Shown: in pieces, positions 1 to 10,376 of the stretch
Position numbering within the stretch: the first letter of the stretch is position 1
How the letters are laid out: every line of letters starts with the position of its first letter
Assembly (NCBI GenBank): GCA_013239625.1
Contig: MU053652.1
Coordinates: 4,887,902 to 4,951,901, forward strand
From: Lama guanicoe
Taxonomy: Eukaryota
Direction: 5' to 3'
Length of the DNA: 64,000 nt
The notes under the pieces: generated by a model
The model's input: only the letters and a program-made list of their open reading frames with translations
Told to the model about the DNA's origin: nothing
Databases searched by the model: none
Program-made: the position numbers and the translations under genes

Positions 1-317
1 GGAGTGGGAAGTGATACATGCATACTGACTTGGCTGTGAATTAAAAAAACAGAATCAGAAATACTCGCCTTTGGTGAAAATATACTACGCGGGGAATGAT
101 TAAGAAGATACACTCCCCACCCCTAGTTGTGCTCCCTACACGCAGCCACTTTAAATCATGTTTTAGATCTCTGGGTGGTTACCATCTCATTGCTAAACAG
201 TAGGTCAGTTCTTGTTTTAACAACTTCAAACATTACCCATTGTCTTCCTGCAATGCTAGGTGAGGGTTTAGCTCACTCACCCACCTCCCTTCCCAATACA
301 GTCCTGGCATTATTTTT

Positions 318-392
318 GGAAGCTGCATTTTAATCAGCACCCCAGGTGGTTGTGAGGTAGCTGGTCTGCCAGCCACACTTACAGAAGCACCA
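318..392. mobile_element. MER5-like hAT fragment
   Basis: CTGCATTTTAA.CAGCACCCCAGGTG...CCACACTT..AGAAGCAC resembles the MER5 terminus. Confidence 0.5.
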
Positions 393-689
393 GCCTAATG
401 AGACTTCTTGGTAGAGACGAGTCCCCTCCGACCATCTCTTATACTCTTGGTTTTTCTGCTTGGTTTCTAGAACTTGCTAACAGCCCCTTTCCCCACTGCG
501 AGAGCTCTGACAGGCTGGGCAGGGGAGCCGTGCTGGCAGCCACACTGTGCGGGGCTTGTGGTGGGTGGACCTGCCCCGCCATCTTGCTACCCCTTCTCGT
601 TACATGTCACCTCCTGTCCCCAAGTTGTGTAATCAGGATGAGCAGATTTCTCCTTTAGGGACTGGCATAGCTCTGGCTCGAGCAGATTG

Positions 690-1080
690 TTGAGCATCTG
701 ACTTCTTTACAACAACCAGAGTGGAACCTTCAGACAATGGAACACAGAGAAACGAGCACACACACTCTGAAGCTGGCAGAACCAGGATGAGGCTCACAGA
801 TAGGCTAAGCGAGAGAAGGCAGGCACACAGGGATGCATATTGCCCGACTCCACTTATGTAAAACTTAAAACCAGGCAAAAACAAAACCAAAACCTGCAAC
901 ACTGGGCCAAAAGAGAGCAGTTCCCTTTGGGGGTGACAGTGACTGAGGGGAGAACTTATGAGGGGCTGGTGATGTTCTAAGCTTTGACTTCTGTGCTTAC
1001 GTGGCTACAAGCTACACCCCTGTAATTTGTGCACTTTTCTAAATGTATCTTTTCTCACAAGTGTTACCAATAAAAAAAGA
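690..1080 (+). mobile_element. Old L1 (L1M-type) 3' UTR fragment
   Basis: Degenerate CCACTTATGTAAAA...AGGCAAAA, GGGGCTGGTGATGTTCT and TTTGTGCACTTTTCT..ATGTA blocks, ending in AATAAAAAAA. Confidence 0.6.
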
Positions 1081-4000
1081 AAACCACGCAGCAGTTCTTC
1101 CTTCCCACTAAATAAGCCCTTCCCTAGGATGAGCCCAGGCAGGCCAGGGGATGCCAGAATTCTGTGCCTGTCTGTGTGGCACACTGGGGTGGGGGAGGGG
1201 CGCAGATTCTGCTGGTCGTGTTGTATCTCAGGCTTCCAGCCTGGCACCCCATCGAGCCCAGTGGCTTCCTGGGTCACGTTGGTAGCTGGAAATGAGGCCC
1301 AAGCACGTTCCCTGGGAAGGCTGACAAGATACCAGCCAACCAAGACTCGTGCCACCTTCCCCGCCTGCTAGCAGCCAAGCTGTCCTGGGGGGAAGGGTGG
1401 CGTATGGGCCCCCAGCCCGCCTCCCCAGGCTNNNNNNNNNNNNNNNNNNNNNNNNNNNNNNNNNNNNNNNNNNNNNNNNNNNNNNNNNNNNNNNNNNNNN
1501 NNNNNNNNNNNNNNNNNNNNNNNNNNNNNNNNNNNNNNNNNNNNNNNNNNNNNNNNNNNNNNNNNNNNNNNNNNNNNNNTGAGGCCCCAGTTCTCCAGCC
1601 CCTCCCTGTTGCTTCCCAACATGGGTGAATGCAAGAAGAGGGGTCCACTGACTCTTCCTGGGACACAGAAGTAATCAAACCAATACATAAAATGGAGGCA
1701 GCCATGCCCTACTGCACACTGGCAGGGAGGAGGAAGAGGAGGGTCACTGGGGAGGGGTCTTGGGAATCCCTAATTCTCCCCAGTGGCTAGCCCGAACCCT
1801 AGGGTCTGCCGCATCAGCCCTCGGAGACTGGGAAACTTCCAGAGCCTGTCCAGATTAGCAATGCTGCTCTCCTGCCGGCCATTAGCGCCTGCCTGGTAGC
1901 CGGGAGGCTCCTTGTCCCGGTGCGCTGCCACTGCTCTGGCTCGTCACGGGTGTTTCTGCACCTGCTGCCTCCTCGCACCTAAACTGCAGGCTCCGGGGAG
2001 CCTATGGAGGGGGACTTGGCACTCGCTGGACCCAATGCTGTGCCGGTGCTGCTGGGTCTTAGTCCATGTTTTGTGGATGGATGGATGACAGGTGCTTGAA
2101 AGATTTTGTTCCTCAACTGGAAAGGCGGATGGGGAGACTGCGCTGATGGCCCTGACACCAGGGAGTATGGTTTGTAACTCCAGAGGGAGAAGGACCCTTG
2201 GAGCAAGTGTTGATGCTGACTGGCTTCAACTGTGGCTGAGAAGAAAATATGCCAGTGCACCTGCACACTCTGAGTGCCTCCTGAAATTCTGCATCCCAGG
2301 CGCCTGGCTTGCCTCACCCTAGTCCCAGCCCAAAGAGGAATGCTGAGCTGCGGCCAACAGCAGATAAGCAACAGCAGTGTCTTTCAGCCTGGTGAAGATT
2401 CTGACCTTTGTCCATACCAGCCTTGGAGAAAGAAAGGAAGAAATGGGAAGGTTCAGGCATCATTTCAATTGGAGAACCATGGAAAGTTTATCCTTGGGTG
2501 CAGATGTAACCAAGGCAACTATTAAGACAGTGAGATGATTTCAGACCCTTTTACAAAAGAGTGGGCTGGCATCTTGCCCCTCTGCCAATTGTGCTCAAGC
2601 GAAAACACACCAACCTACCTCTGGGCCCTACCAGGAGGTAGAGAGATGGGTGAAGCGGGCATTCTCTTCTCCATGACCAGCCTCCACGATGGATAAAAAT
2701 AAAACGAGACCGTGGTGAGAGTGGGCCTGCCTGCGGGGGGCTGTGGAACAGCGTCTCAGGGAGCGGGGATGGATGGATGGTCTCACACTGATTCATCACT
2801 CACACTCCTGCAGACCTCTTGGGCCCCATAGGGACTGTATGCAGTCATGGGAAACAGTTTACTGGACCATAAAAGATCTGATTTGAGGAGCATAAACACT
2901 TGTTCTGACCCAGAGATGGCAGGCAGAAACTTTTGAGTCCTCCAGAGAAGGAAGAGGGGCACAGTGGTTTTGGGAGCTGCACTCCACATGCCTCAATATC
3001 TCTCCCCACCCCCACCCCTTGATTATTCTGTCACCTCTCCCCTTAACTAGAGTCACTCTGAGTACAGGAAGACCACCAAGTGAACCTGGGCCTGAACAAG
3101 TGGTTGTAGGGCATTACTGCCAGGAGCCAGAGTTTTCTGGGGCCCAGGACCTCATTTAGGAATGAGAGCTGGTCACCCAGGCCCCATCACCTCTACTGTC
3201 TTTTCCCAAATACTTGACCAAAGGACCAATCTTACATGGCAGCTTGAAGCATCACCCCAGATCAGAATGCGGGCTGGGAAGTGGGGCCACCTTGTGTGAC
3301 GGGAGTATATGCCTGGGAAGGTCAGGGCCCTGGGGATGGGGTCCTGGGGTGTGGGAGAACAGGCATACCCCCTGGACATGCAGATGCTGGAGTGGCGAGC
3401 CCCACATCACGTGCACACCTGCTTTCTCCCCCTGGTGCCCCCTGAGAAGCATGTAGGCTCCTTCCTACACATGCCCCAGTGGCTGCTCTAAGGGCTCCCC
3501 CTTGGGTCTAGGGATAGCCTGGGGTTTCTGAGCTCCATAGTTAGCCCTAGAGGACTTGGGGGAGACCCTGTCAAGTCAAACACAGCAAGAGCCAACCTGG
3601 AGACACAGGCCCTCCTTGGCCAGTAGCCCCGACCCCTCTTGGCGCCCCGTCCTCCTGCTCCTTTCTCCAGTGAAAACACACTGTGGAGGGAGCTGGCCAG
3701 GGACTAGGGGCTCTCGACCTTAACCCACGCTGTGCCAGCCTATCTGGCCTTACCCTTTCCTTCTGCTATAGCAGGGAAGGGAAACCACCTCATTTCCCTC
3801 AGCGAGTCCCTTCTGGCCCCTCGCTGGGGTTCTGGCAGGTCTTGCTGAAGGACAGGATCCAACAACTTCCCGCCTGGGCCTGGCAGGCCCGAGCCTGGCC
3901 TTTCCTGCATGGAAAGCCCTGGGCACGGCTTGCATAGATGCTAAGGTTGTTGAGGGCAGCTGTGTGCGGTGGGGTCCAGACAGATGAATCAAAAGAGAAG

Positions 4001-4114
4001 CTCTAGGGGGTGTGGCCAGGCATAGGGATGAGACCTCAGGGGCCATTCAAGCGCCCAGGCACTCCTCCTCCGAGATCCCTCCTGGCTCTGGGCTCCACCG
4101 TGACCAATAAGGGC

Positions 4115-4624
4115 TGCAGACAGCAGGTACTATTTTATTGGGCCTCAAAAGCTTTAAATACAGAAACGGGGAGGGCTGGCAAAGGGGCAGATGTGGGCAC
4201 GCTGGCGTTTGAGAATGGAAGTCATCACATAATCAACAGCTGGACAGAGAGCTGGTAAGAAGGGCAGTCTGAGACAGAAGTGGGGCGCCAGGATTACACC
4301 CTCCATTAGGACGAAGCCTTTCGTGTTTCTTCCTGATTTGAGGACAATTTTTTAAAAAAAACCACAAACCCTGAAATAAAAACAAAATCAGCTGGGAAAG
4401 ACTGGATGGCAGGGCCTGTCCTCTCAGAAGACAATGGCCTGCCCCCTGAAAGCCTTGGGTTCCCCCACCCAACCCCAGTCCAGATGCCGCCCTACATTTC
4501 CAAACACTGAAGCAAAGCTGGACCCAATCTATGCCCCCGATTTGAGGTCTGGAGCTGAACACCCTCCTGGCAGAGGGAGAGGTACTGGCGCGAGCAGAGC
4601 TGGGGGCCAGACCCGATTCCCGCC
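4115..4624 (-). other. SND1: SND1 3' UTR (3' end approximate)
   Basis: Lies between the stop codon and the first downstream AATAAA; contains a U-rich block at 4347-4389. Confidence 0.8.
4134..4139 (-). terminator. SND1 polyadenylation signal AATAAA
   Basis: TTTATT on + strand; a TGTA (CFIm-type) element lies ~20 nt upstream on the minus strand (4162-4159). Confidence 0.8.
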
Positions 4625-4690
4625 TTAGCGGCTGTAGCCAAACTCATCTGCGTCGTCGGCTCGGAAGTCTCCGTAGCGCCACAGGTTCAG
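4625..4690 (-). CDS. SND1: SND1 last coding exon 24: [21 protein letters not shown]-stop
   Basis: 66 nt ending in TAA (4627-4625); CAG acceptor at 4693-4691; matches the recalled SND1 C-terminus. Confidence 0.97.
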   Translation of the reverse strand: MNLWRYGDFRADDADEFGYSR

Positions 4691-4803
4691 CTGTGAGAAA
4701 ACAGAAGATAGCTCAGGAAGGTCAGGGAGGTGGGACATGCCGGAACCCAGGGGGCTAAGCCCCTCTCTCAGCCCCCTCTGGGGCTCCTGAGACGAAAACT
4801 CAC

Positions 4804-4848
4804 CCTGGCGCTTTTGGCTGACTCCTGGGCATTCAGGTACTCTGTGAT
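4804..4848 (-). CDS. SND1: SND1 coding exon 23: [15 protein letters not shown]
   Basis: 45 nt, 15 codons; CAG acceptor, GTGAGT donor; too short for the ORF track, read by hand. Confidence 0.96.
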
Positions 4849-4929
4849 CTGGAGGGACGAGAGGAGAAAGTGATGGTCAAGGTGGGGGTATTTATAACTG
4901 AGCAGCCAGAGGGACTTGGCAGATGCCCA

Positions 4930-5356
4930 GGTTAGGTCAGGTCATGTCACTCCCCTGCTCAACAGGTCCCCAGCTCCCTAAAAGTAAAATCCAAATGCAG
5001 TCATGGTTTTCTTGACTCTGCGCTGGCTGTTCCATCTGTCAGAAACACGCTTCCCGCTCCTGTCCACCTGGCTACCTATCCCATCCCCTTCTACTCTTTG
5101 ATCGAGTATCACCTTCTTAATGAGGCCTCAAATGACCCCACTGAAAATTACAACCCACTCTGACACACTCCTACTGCCTTGTTTTCCATTGTATTGCCTA
5201 ACATTTGATTTCATGGACTTATTATATTTATTTTATTGATTGTCTCCTCATGCTAGAATGTAAGCTCCATCGGGCAGGAATGCTGTCTCCTGCTCCCCGA
5301 GATCTGCAGGCCCTCAGTAAACGTTTGCTGAAAGAATGTATGAGTGAATGAACGAA
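4930..5356 (+). mobile_element. L2 LINE 3' end
   Basis: CATGTCACTCCCCTGCTCAA, CTAGAATGTAAGCTCCAT.GGGCAGG, CTCAGTAAA..TTTGCTGAA..AATG...GAATGAA. Confidence 0.75.
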
Positions 5357-6383
5357 CACATTTGGCCTTTCACAACACCAGAGACATGAGAGGTAGCTAA
5401 ATATGGGGGGGAACACTAAGATCTCTAATTTCACAGGGAAACTTAAGCTAACTCCTAGAAGTGATTCAGAAAACTAGGGGGAAGACTGCGGGTCAGGCCT
5501 CTCCTGTCCAGATGATAAACAAGCAATTCACATTGGGGTCTTACTGAATTATCCACTTGCATAACCACACCCATGGATCCGCAAACTGCCAATTGATTAT
5601 GCGGGGAGAGGGGAAAGGCAAAAGCAGGGCCGGGGAAGGGGAAGCAAGGGCACAGTGGAGAGAGAACGCTGGTTTCAACCCTGGTCCCTCCAAAAGGGTC
5701 ATGGTCATGTCTGGGGAGAGGCTGAGGGATCTGGGGTGGGTACGGTGCCGAGAGGGAGAGGCCTGGTCCTAATGATCCAAAGCTGAGCAGTGCAAGGTGG
5801 TTTCTCAGGATCCCCACGGTCCCGCTGTGCAGCAGCCAGGCCTGCAGTGCTCTCGCTTCATGATCGGGAGACGTGGGCCCAGCTCTAAGCCTCTGGCCTC
5901 TCCAAACAGGCTGGAGGTGTGTTGTGGCAGAGTCCCTTTGGGCCCCTGGTGCTGCCTCCTGGCCAACTCTGGCTCCAGGTGGCACTGCGTGCTGGGAGCT
6001 GGTTATGGACTTGGAAGCTGTATGTTGGACAGGAGGAGGTGAGAATGGAAGACACAGCACTGCAGGCTGTGACCCTCTCCATGCCACTCCTGGCAAAGCT
6101 TCCTTGCCTGTCACCGGGGGGTATGGACAAAGGGAAACTTTCCGCTCCAGTTTGCAGCTGTGTTCTCAGCCAAATCGGCAGCCAATTAAATTAATTTGGG
6201 ATATAATTAGTTTTTTCTTTTTTTTAAACCCCAACAAACCCAAATCCATTATCTTTCCCCAGCAGGAGCAACAGGATAGTGGGTTACCTGCTCCCTCACT
6301 GGCTTTCGCTGCAGTCCACACCCAGTCCCCCTCTGTGACAGTGGGATGCTCTGGGGATCCCTTCCCCACTTCAAAGCACATAC

Positions 6384-6587
6384 CACTTTCTGGAACTGTT
6401 TCTCCTTGCGCACCTCCACCATGACCAGTCCCTCCTTCACCAAGCCCAGGCCCACGTCCCCCTTGGAATCAGCAAACTGCAGGGTGACATGGGGGCAGCC
6501 GGCGCTCAGGTGTTCCACGTTAAGCAGGCACTGCGTGTTCTGGATGTCGCGCACCACGCTGTCCACGGCATCTGTTCGGGCGTCCTC
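6384..6587 (-). CDS. SND1: SND1 coding exon 22 (SN5): [10 protein letters not shown]...KEKQFQKV
   Basis: 204 nt, 68 codons; CAG acceptor, GTATGT donor; contained in ORF-track entry 6249..6674. Confidence 0.97.
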
Positions 6588-8070
6588 CTGCAGCAGGGAC
6601 ACACGCAGGTGAGTGCAAGAGGCCAGCGCAAGCCAAGAGCCGAGAGAGCCCCAGGTCCTGTTCGTGGACCTCAAGGACCACTTCCTGCTCAGATCCTAAG
6701 GAGGTTGGAAACAGGCTCTGGACCCAAAGGGCCCCCATCACCCTTTCTTGCACTTTTCGTCCTGACAAGCCTACTTGCTTATCGTCCCACCCTTCTCCCC
6801 TACTCTTGTACTCCCACTCACCTGCCCTATGTCTCCAAGGAAAAGGGGCATTTCCCGTCCCAAACAAGTCGTCCCCTGGCTGTCTGGCCCCTGTCATTCC
6901 CACCTTTCGGGGCTCTGCTGCAGCACAGTGGCCCTCAAGGACCCCGTCTCCCTGTCTTCACTGTCACCTCAGGCTCTCTCCATGTTCATCCTTCACCCCC
7001 AACACTGCCCCTTGACCTATTTTGTCAACATCTTCTGTTGTTCCTCTTCTACCCTTTGGCAAAATTTGTGAAAAGGCAGAGAATGTTCTGTGGTGCTGAT
7101 TCCTACCCTACCTTTAGCTCCTCAGTGCCCTGCATCTGGCGGCTGCTCCAGCCATGCTGTTCAGGCTGCTCTCACCGAGGATCAGGGGCCGCCTGGGTGC
7201 TGATGCCAAGGGCAACCCCTCACCCTCAGCCCGTCTGACCTCCCCTGGGAGCTGGACACTGCAGACCAGCCCTCCCCTTCTGGAAACAGGGTGGCACCTG
7301 TGACCCTGGGCTCAGGCTGCCCACCCTCTTCCTCCTCCTCTCCAGATGCCCACTCGGCCTCATGTCAGCGGCCCTCTCTTCTCTACATCCCATCTTCTGT
7401 ACTCACCCGTGTACACTCATGGTTTTAACTACTAGAATCCACGATTCCAGCTCTTACCTTGTTTTCCAAATTGAACATAAAGGCTGCCCAGAGCTCCCAC
7501 AGCCCCTAATTGCTCCTTCTTGGTCCCCCATCTAGGCCAACGGCAACACACCCACGCGGACAAAACCCAGAACCATCTTGGATCCCGCCTTTCTTGTGCC
7601 CCCACTGCTACAATGTGGCTCTGGTCTGGCTGTCACTGTCTCTCCCCTCCTAAGCTTTCAGCTGCAGTCTCCCTACTGTTCCTTCGGCTCAGATGCCTCA
7701 GGACTAAATTCCAAGACCAGATCTGACCATGCCACACCTCTGATAAAAATCCTGCCAGGTCCCTCCTGTCTACAATCTGAAGAATAACCTCCTTGCCCAG
7801 CAGACAAGGGCCTGACTTACCTGTTCCTTCTCCTCTCCTGTCACTGCCTGCAAGGCCCCTGACACCCAACTGTCACCCAAAGTCCTCCTGTTTCTCAAGA
7901 ACCAGCTCAGATGCTCCAACACCACCTTCCCTCAACCTCCGTGGTCACGCCCATCTCTAACAGACCACCACCACGATTTCTACCTCCTCCCATCAGCCTG
8001 TGGGGCCACAGCAGTGGCTGGGTGTGATGGGACAGCCCCCTCTGGGAGGAAGGCAGGTGTGAAGACTCAC

Positions 8071-8184
8071 GTCTTGGGGCACCTGGATGAAGGCAAAGGC
8101 GTACTCTGTGGCTTGAGCTGGTAGCACGCGGGTGCTGAAGGCAGGTGGCAGGGTACCCAGGCGGGAGGATGGCAGGATCTCTCT
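8071..8184 (-). CDS. SND1: SND1 coding exon 21: [10 protein letters not shown]...AFIQVPQD
   Basis: 114 nt, 38 codons; CAG acceptor, GTGAGT donor. Confidence 0.96.
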
Positions 8185-9288
8185 CTGCAGAGGACACACC
8201 AGGCCAACAGCATCACACACTTGATGCCCCATTGCTCTTGGGGAACAAATCCCATGGTCAGGCCCCTGGGAATTCTAACTCAGCACCCGCTCCCCCCACC
8301 CCCGCTCCACCCTGCTTCGTCCAGGACTCGTTTTCACGTAGCCACGTGCACAGGCTTCCCAGTCAGTGAAGCCTGGGAGGATGGGCCCTGCTGGCCCCTG
8401 TAAGAGGTGGGCACCTGCGCCTCACACCCTCTCATCCTGGGCCTGGGGCTGGCACACCTGGTGGCCCCTCCTGGAATAACCAACCTGGTAAGTGGACTCT
8501 GATCGCTTTCTCCATTGCTTTCAAACGCCTTCCCCCAGTGACATGGGTTCCCTGACCACCTTCTCATGGGCCGGTGGGTTCCTGGCTGGGAAAGCACCCC
8601 TATACAAGGGTCCCAGCAGGCCTCTCCTGCCCATGGTCCTGGCCCAGGTGTGTGAGGCAACCCCAGCCTGGCAGGACCTCTTCCTTTGTGTATTCCCAGG
8701 AGGTAAGTTGGGAGCACGGCCTGGGTCTGGACTTCCTGTTAACCGACCCTCCACACTAGTTCTGAGAAAAGCGGACAAGCACCACCGCCACCCCTCAGGA
8801 GCGGCGCGGTTCTGAACGACTTTCTCTCCTGCTTGCTGCTGGGAATTGTCAACAGAGTCCTGGGCCCAGACCAAGGGGCCTTTCTCCCAGGAGACCCAGT
8901 CCCTTCTCTGCAAGTGTGGTCTTGGGATGTGCTGGGGACCCGCACAGGAGCACCCAGTTGAGCATGTGGACCAGGAGCCATGGGGTGCAGAGGGCCTTCA
9001 TGGACCCGCTCCTCAGAGGGGTGGGCGGATGAGGAACTGGGGGTGTGGCTGCAGCCTGGGCTGCTGACCTCAGTGCTCACAGGCCTCTGGCCAGGTTTGC
9101 CCAGTCACTCAGGGGTCACTGGCCTGTTACAGGAACAGGAGAGAGGCCCACATGCGCACCGTTCTGGCAGGGAGGGAGTCCAAAGCTCGGAGGGACCTTT
9201 GAGAGGCCTACGGTGTTGAAGGGCCCTGGCAGCACTGGGGCCTTCCCCTTCCCTTGCGCACTGGCCCTCCCGCCGCCCCCACACTCAC

Positions 9289-9358
9289 ATTGCCGTAGTC
9301 GATGTAGAAGACGTGCACTTTGGCAGGAGACTCGACTCTCTCTACTCGGGCTCGGTAC
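9289..9358 (-). CDS. SND1: SND1 coding exon 20, Tudor aromatic cage: (W)[23 protein letters not shown]
   Basis: 70 nt (1+69); CAG acceptor, GTGAGT donor; canonical Tudor motifs WYRA and YIDYGN. Confidence 0.97.
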
Positions 9359-10252
9359 CTGCAATGGCATCGTGGGCAGAGCTCAAGTGACAGCCCTGCC
9401 CGAGGAGTCCGGTCTCCCTGGAGCCTCAGCGACGGCAAGGCAGGGGGCACAGCACTTCCCTGCCCAGGGCTCAGAGGGAACACCCATGGGTGTCACAGAG
9501 GGCAGGTCTCAGACTCCACCAAGGCCCCGGCTTGGGGCGCAGAGGCCACCATGTAATGGAATCAGAGCATAGCTGGGAGCAGAGGGAGGGGGAGGGGAGC
9601 ATGTGGAGCAGATTAATGTGTCCTTGGGGCATAAAGCAACAAGACTAATGACTAGATTGATGTCTGCTGTTTAAACCCAGCACACTAAACAGCAGCTGTA
9701 ATTAGCTGGCAGATCTGTCTGGGAGGCCGCAGCAGGGAACACATCCAAATCACTTCGTCACCCTGGGAAGGCCATGGGCCCTACCCTTGGTAGATGAGAC
9801 ACAAGTGACCTTCCTGCAGCCTATGAGCACTGTGGCTCATGTCCCAGACAGCCAGGGTGGAGGGTGGCAGCTGGTCCGGGCTCACTGACAACCAGCCTTC
9901 GCCCTCACTCCCTACCCTCACCTCAACATCGTTTTTCCTGGGGTAGGTGTCGGAAAGCCCCACCCAGCCAGGGCTCCGAAGGAGTAGCACAACGGAGTAG
10001 CCCAGGAGAGAGAAGGAGGGACATTTCTGTATGCCAGAGGCTAGCAGGACTGCAGAAAATTCATGGGCTAAAAGCACAGGCTCCAAATGGGCTGTGGGCA
10101 AACAAGAGGGCCACCCTGGAGAGCTGGCCAAGGTCAAGAACAGCCATCCAGTGGAAGCAGGTTGCTAAGGCAAATGCCTGAATCTGGTGTGTGGTTCTGC
10201 AGGCTTGCTCCCTGGGGACAGACCTGCTATGGCCCAGGTCCTGGGGGCTTAC

Positions 10253-10376
10253 CATTCTCCATCTACAAATTTGGCAATGCAGAATTCGCCCCGGCGGGGG
10301 GCGTAGGAGCCCTCGACAGGAGGGTGGCTGGCGATGTCATTGCGCATGTTCTCCATCAGCTTTTCCAGCTGGGTGC
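10253..10376 (-). CDS. SND1: SND1 coding exon 19, start of Tudor domain: (G)[10 protein letters not shown]...AKFVDGE(W)
   Basis: 124 nt (2+120+2); CAG acceptor, GTAAGC donor. Confidence 0.97.

Noticed and set aside
4620-4630. Possible stop-codon readthrough of SND1
   Set aside because: Context is TAA-G, not the leaky TGA-CTAG type.
5455-6114. 219-aa minus-strand ORF inside SND1 intron 22
   Set aside because: Exons 22 and 23 already join in frame to the known protein; no homology or splice support seen.
6489-7238. 249-aa + strand ORF
   Set aside because: Non-ATG start, antisense shadow of SND1 exon 22 running into GC-rich intron; no recognisable domain.
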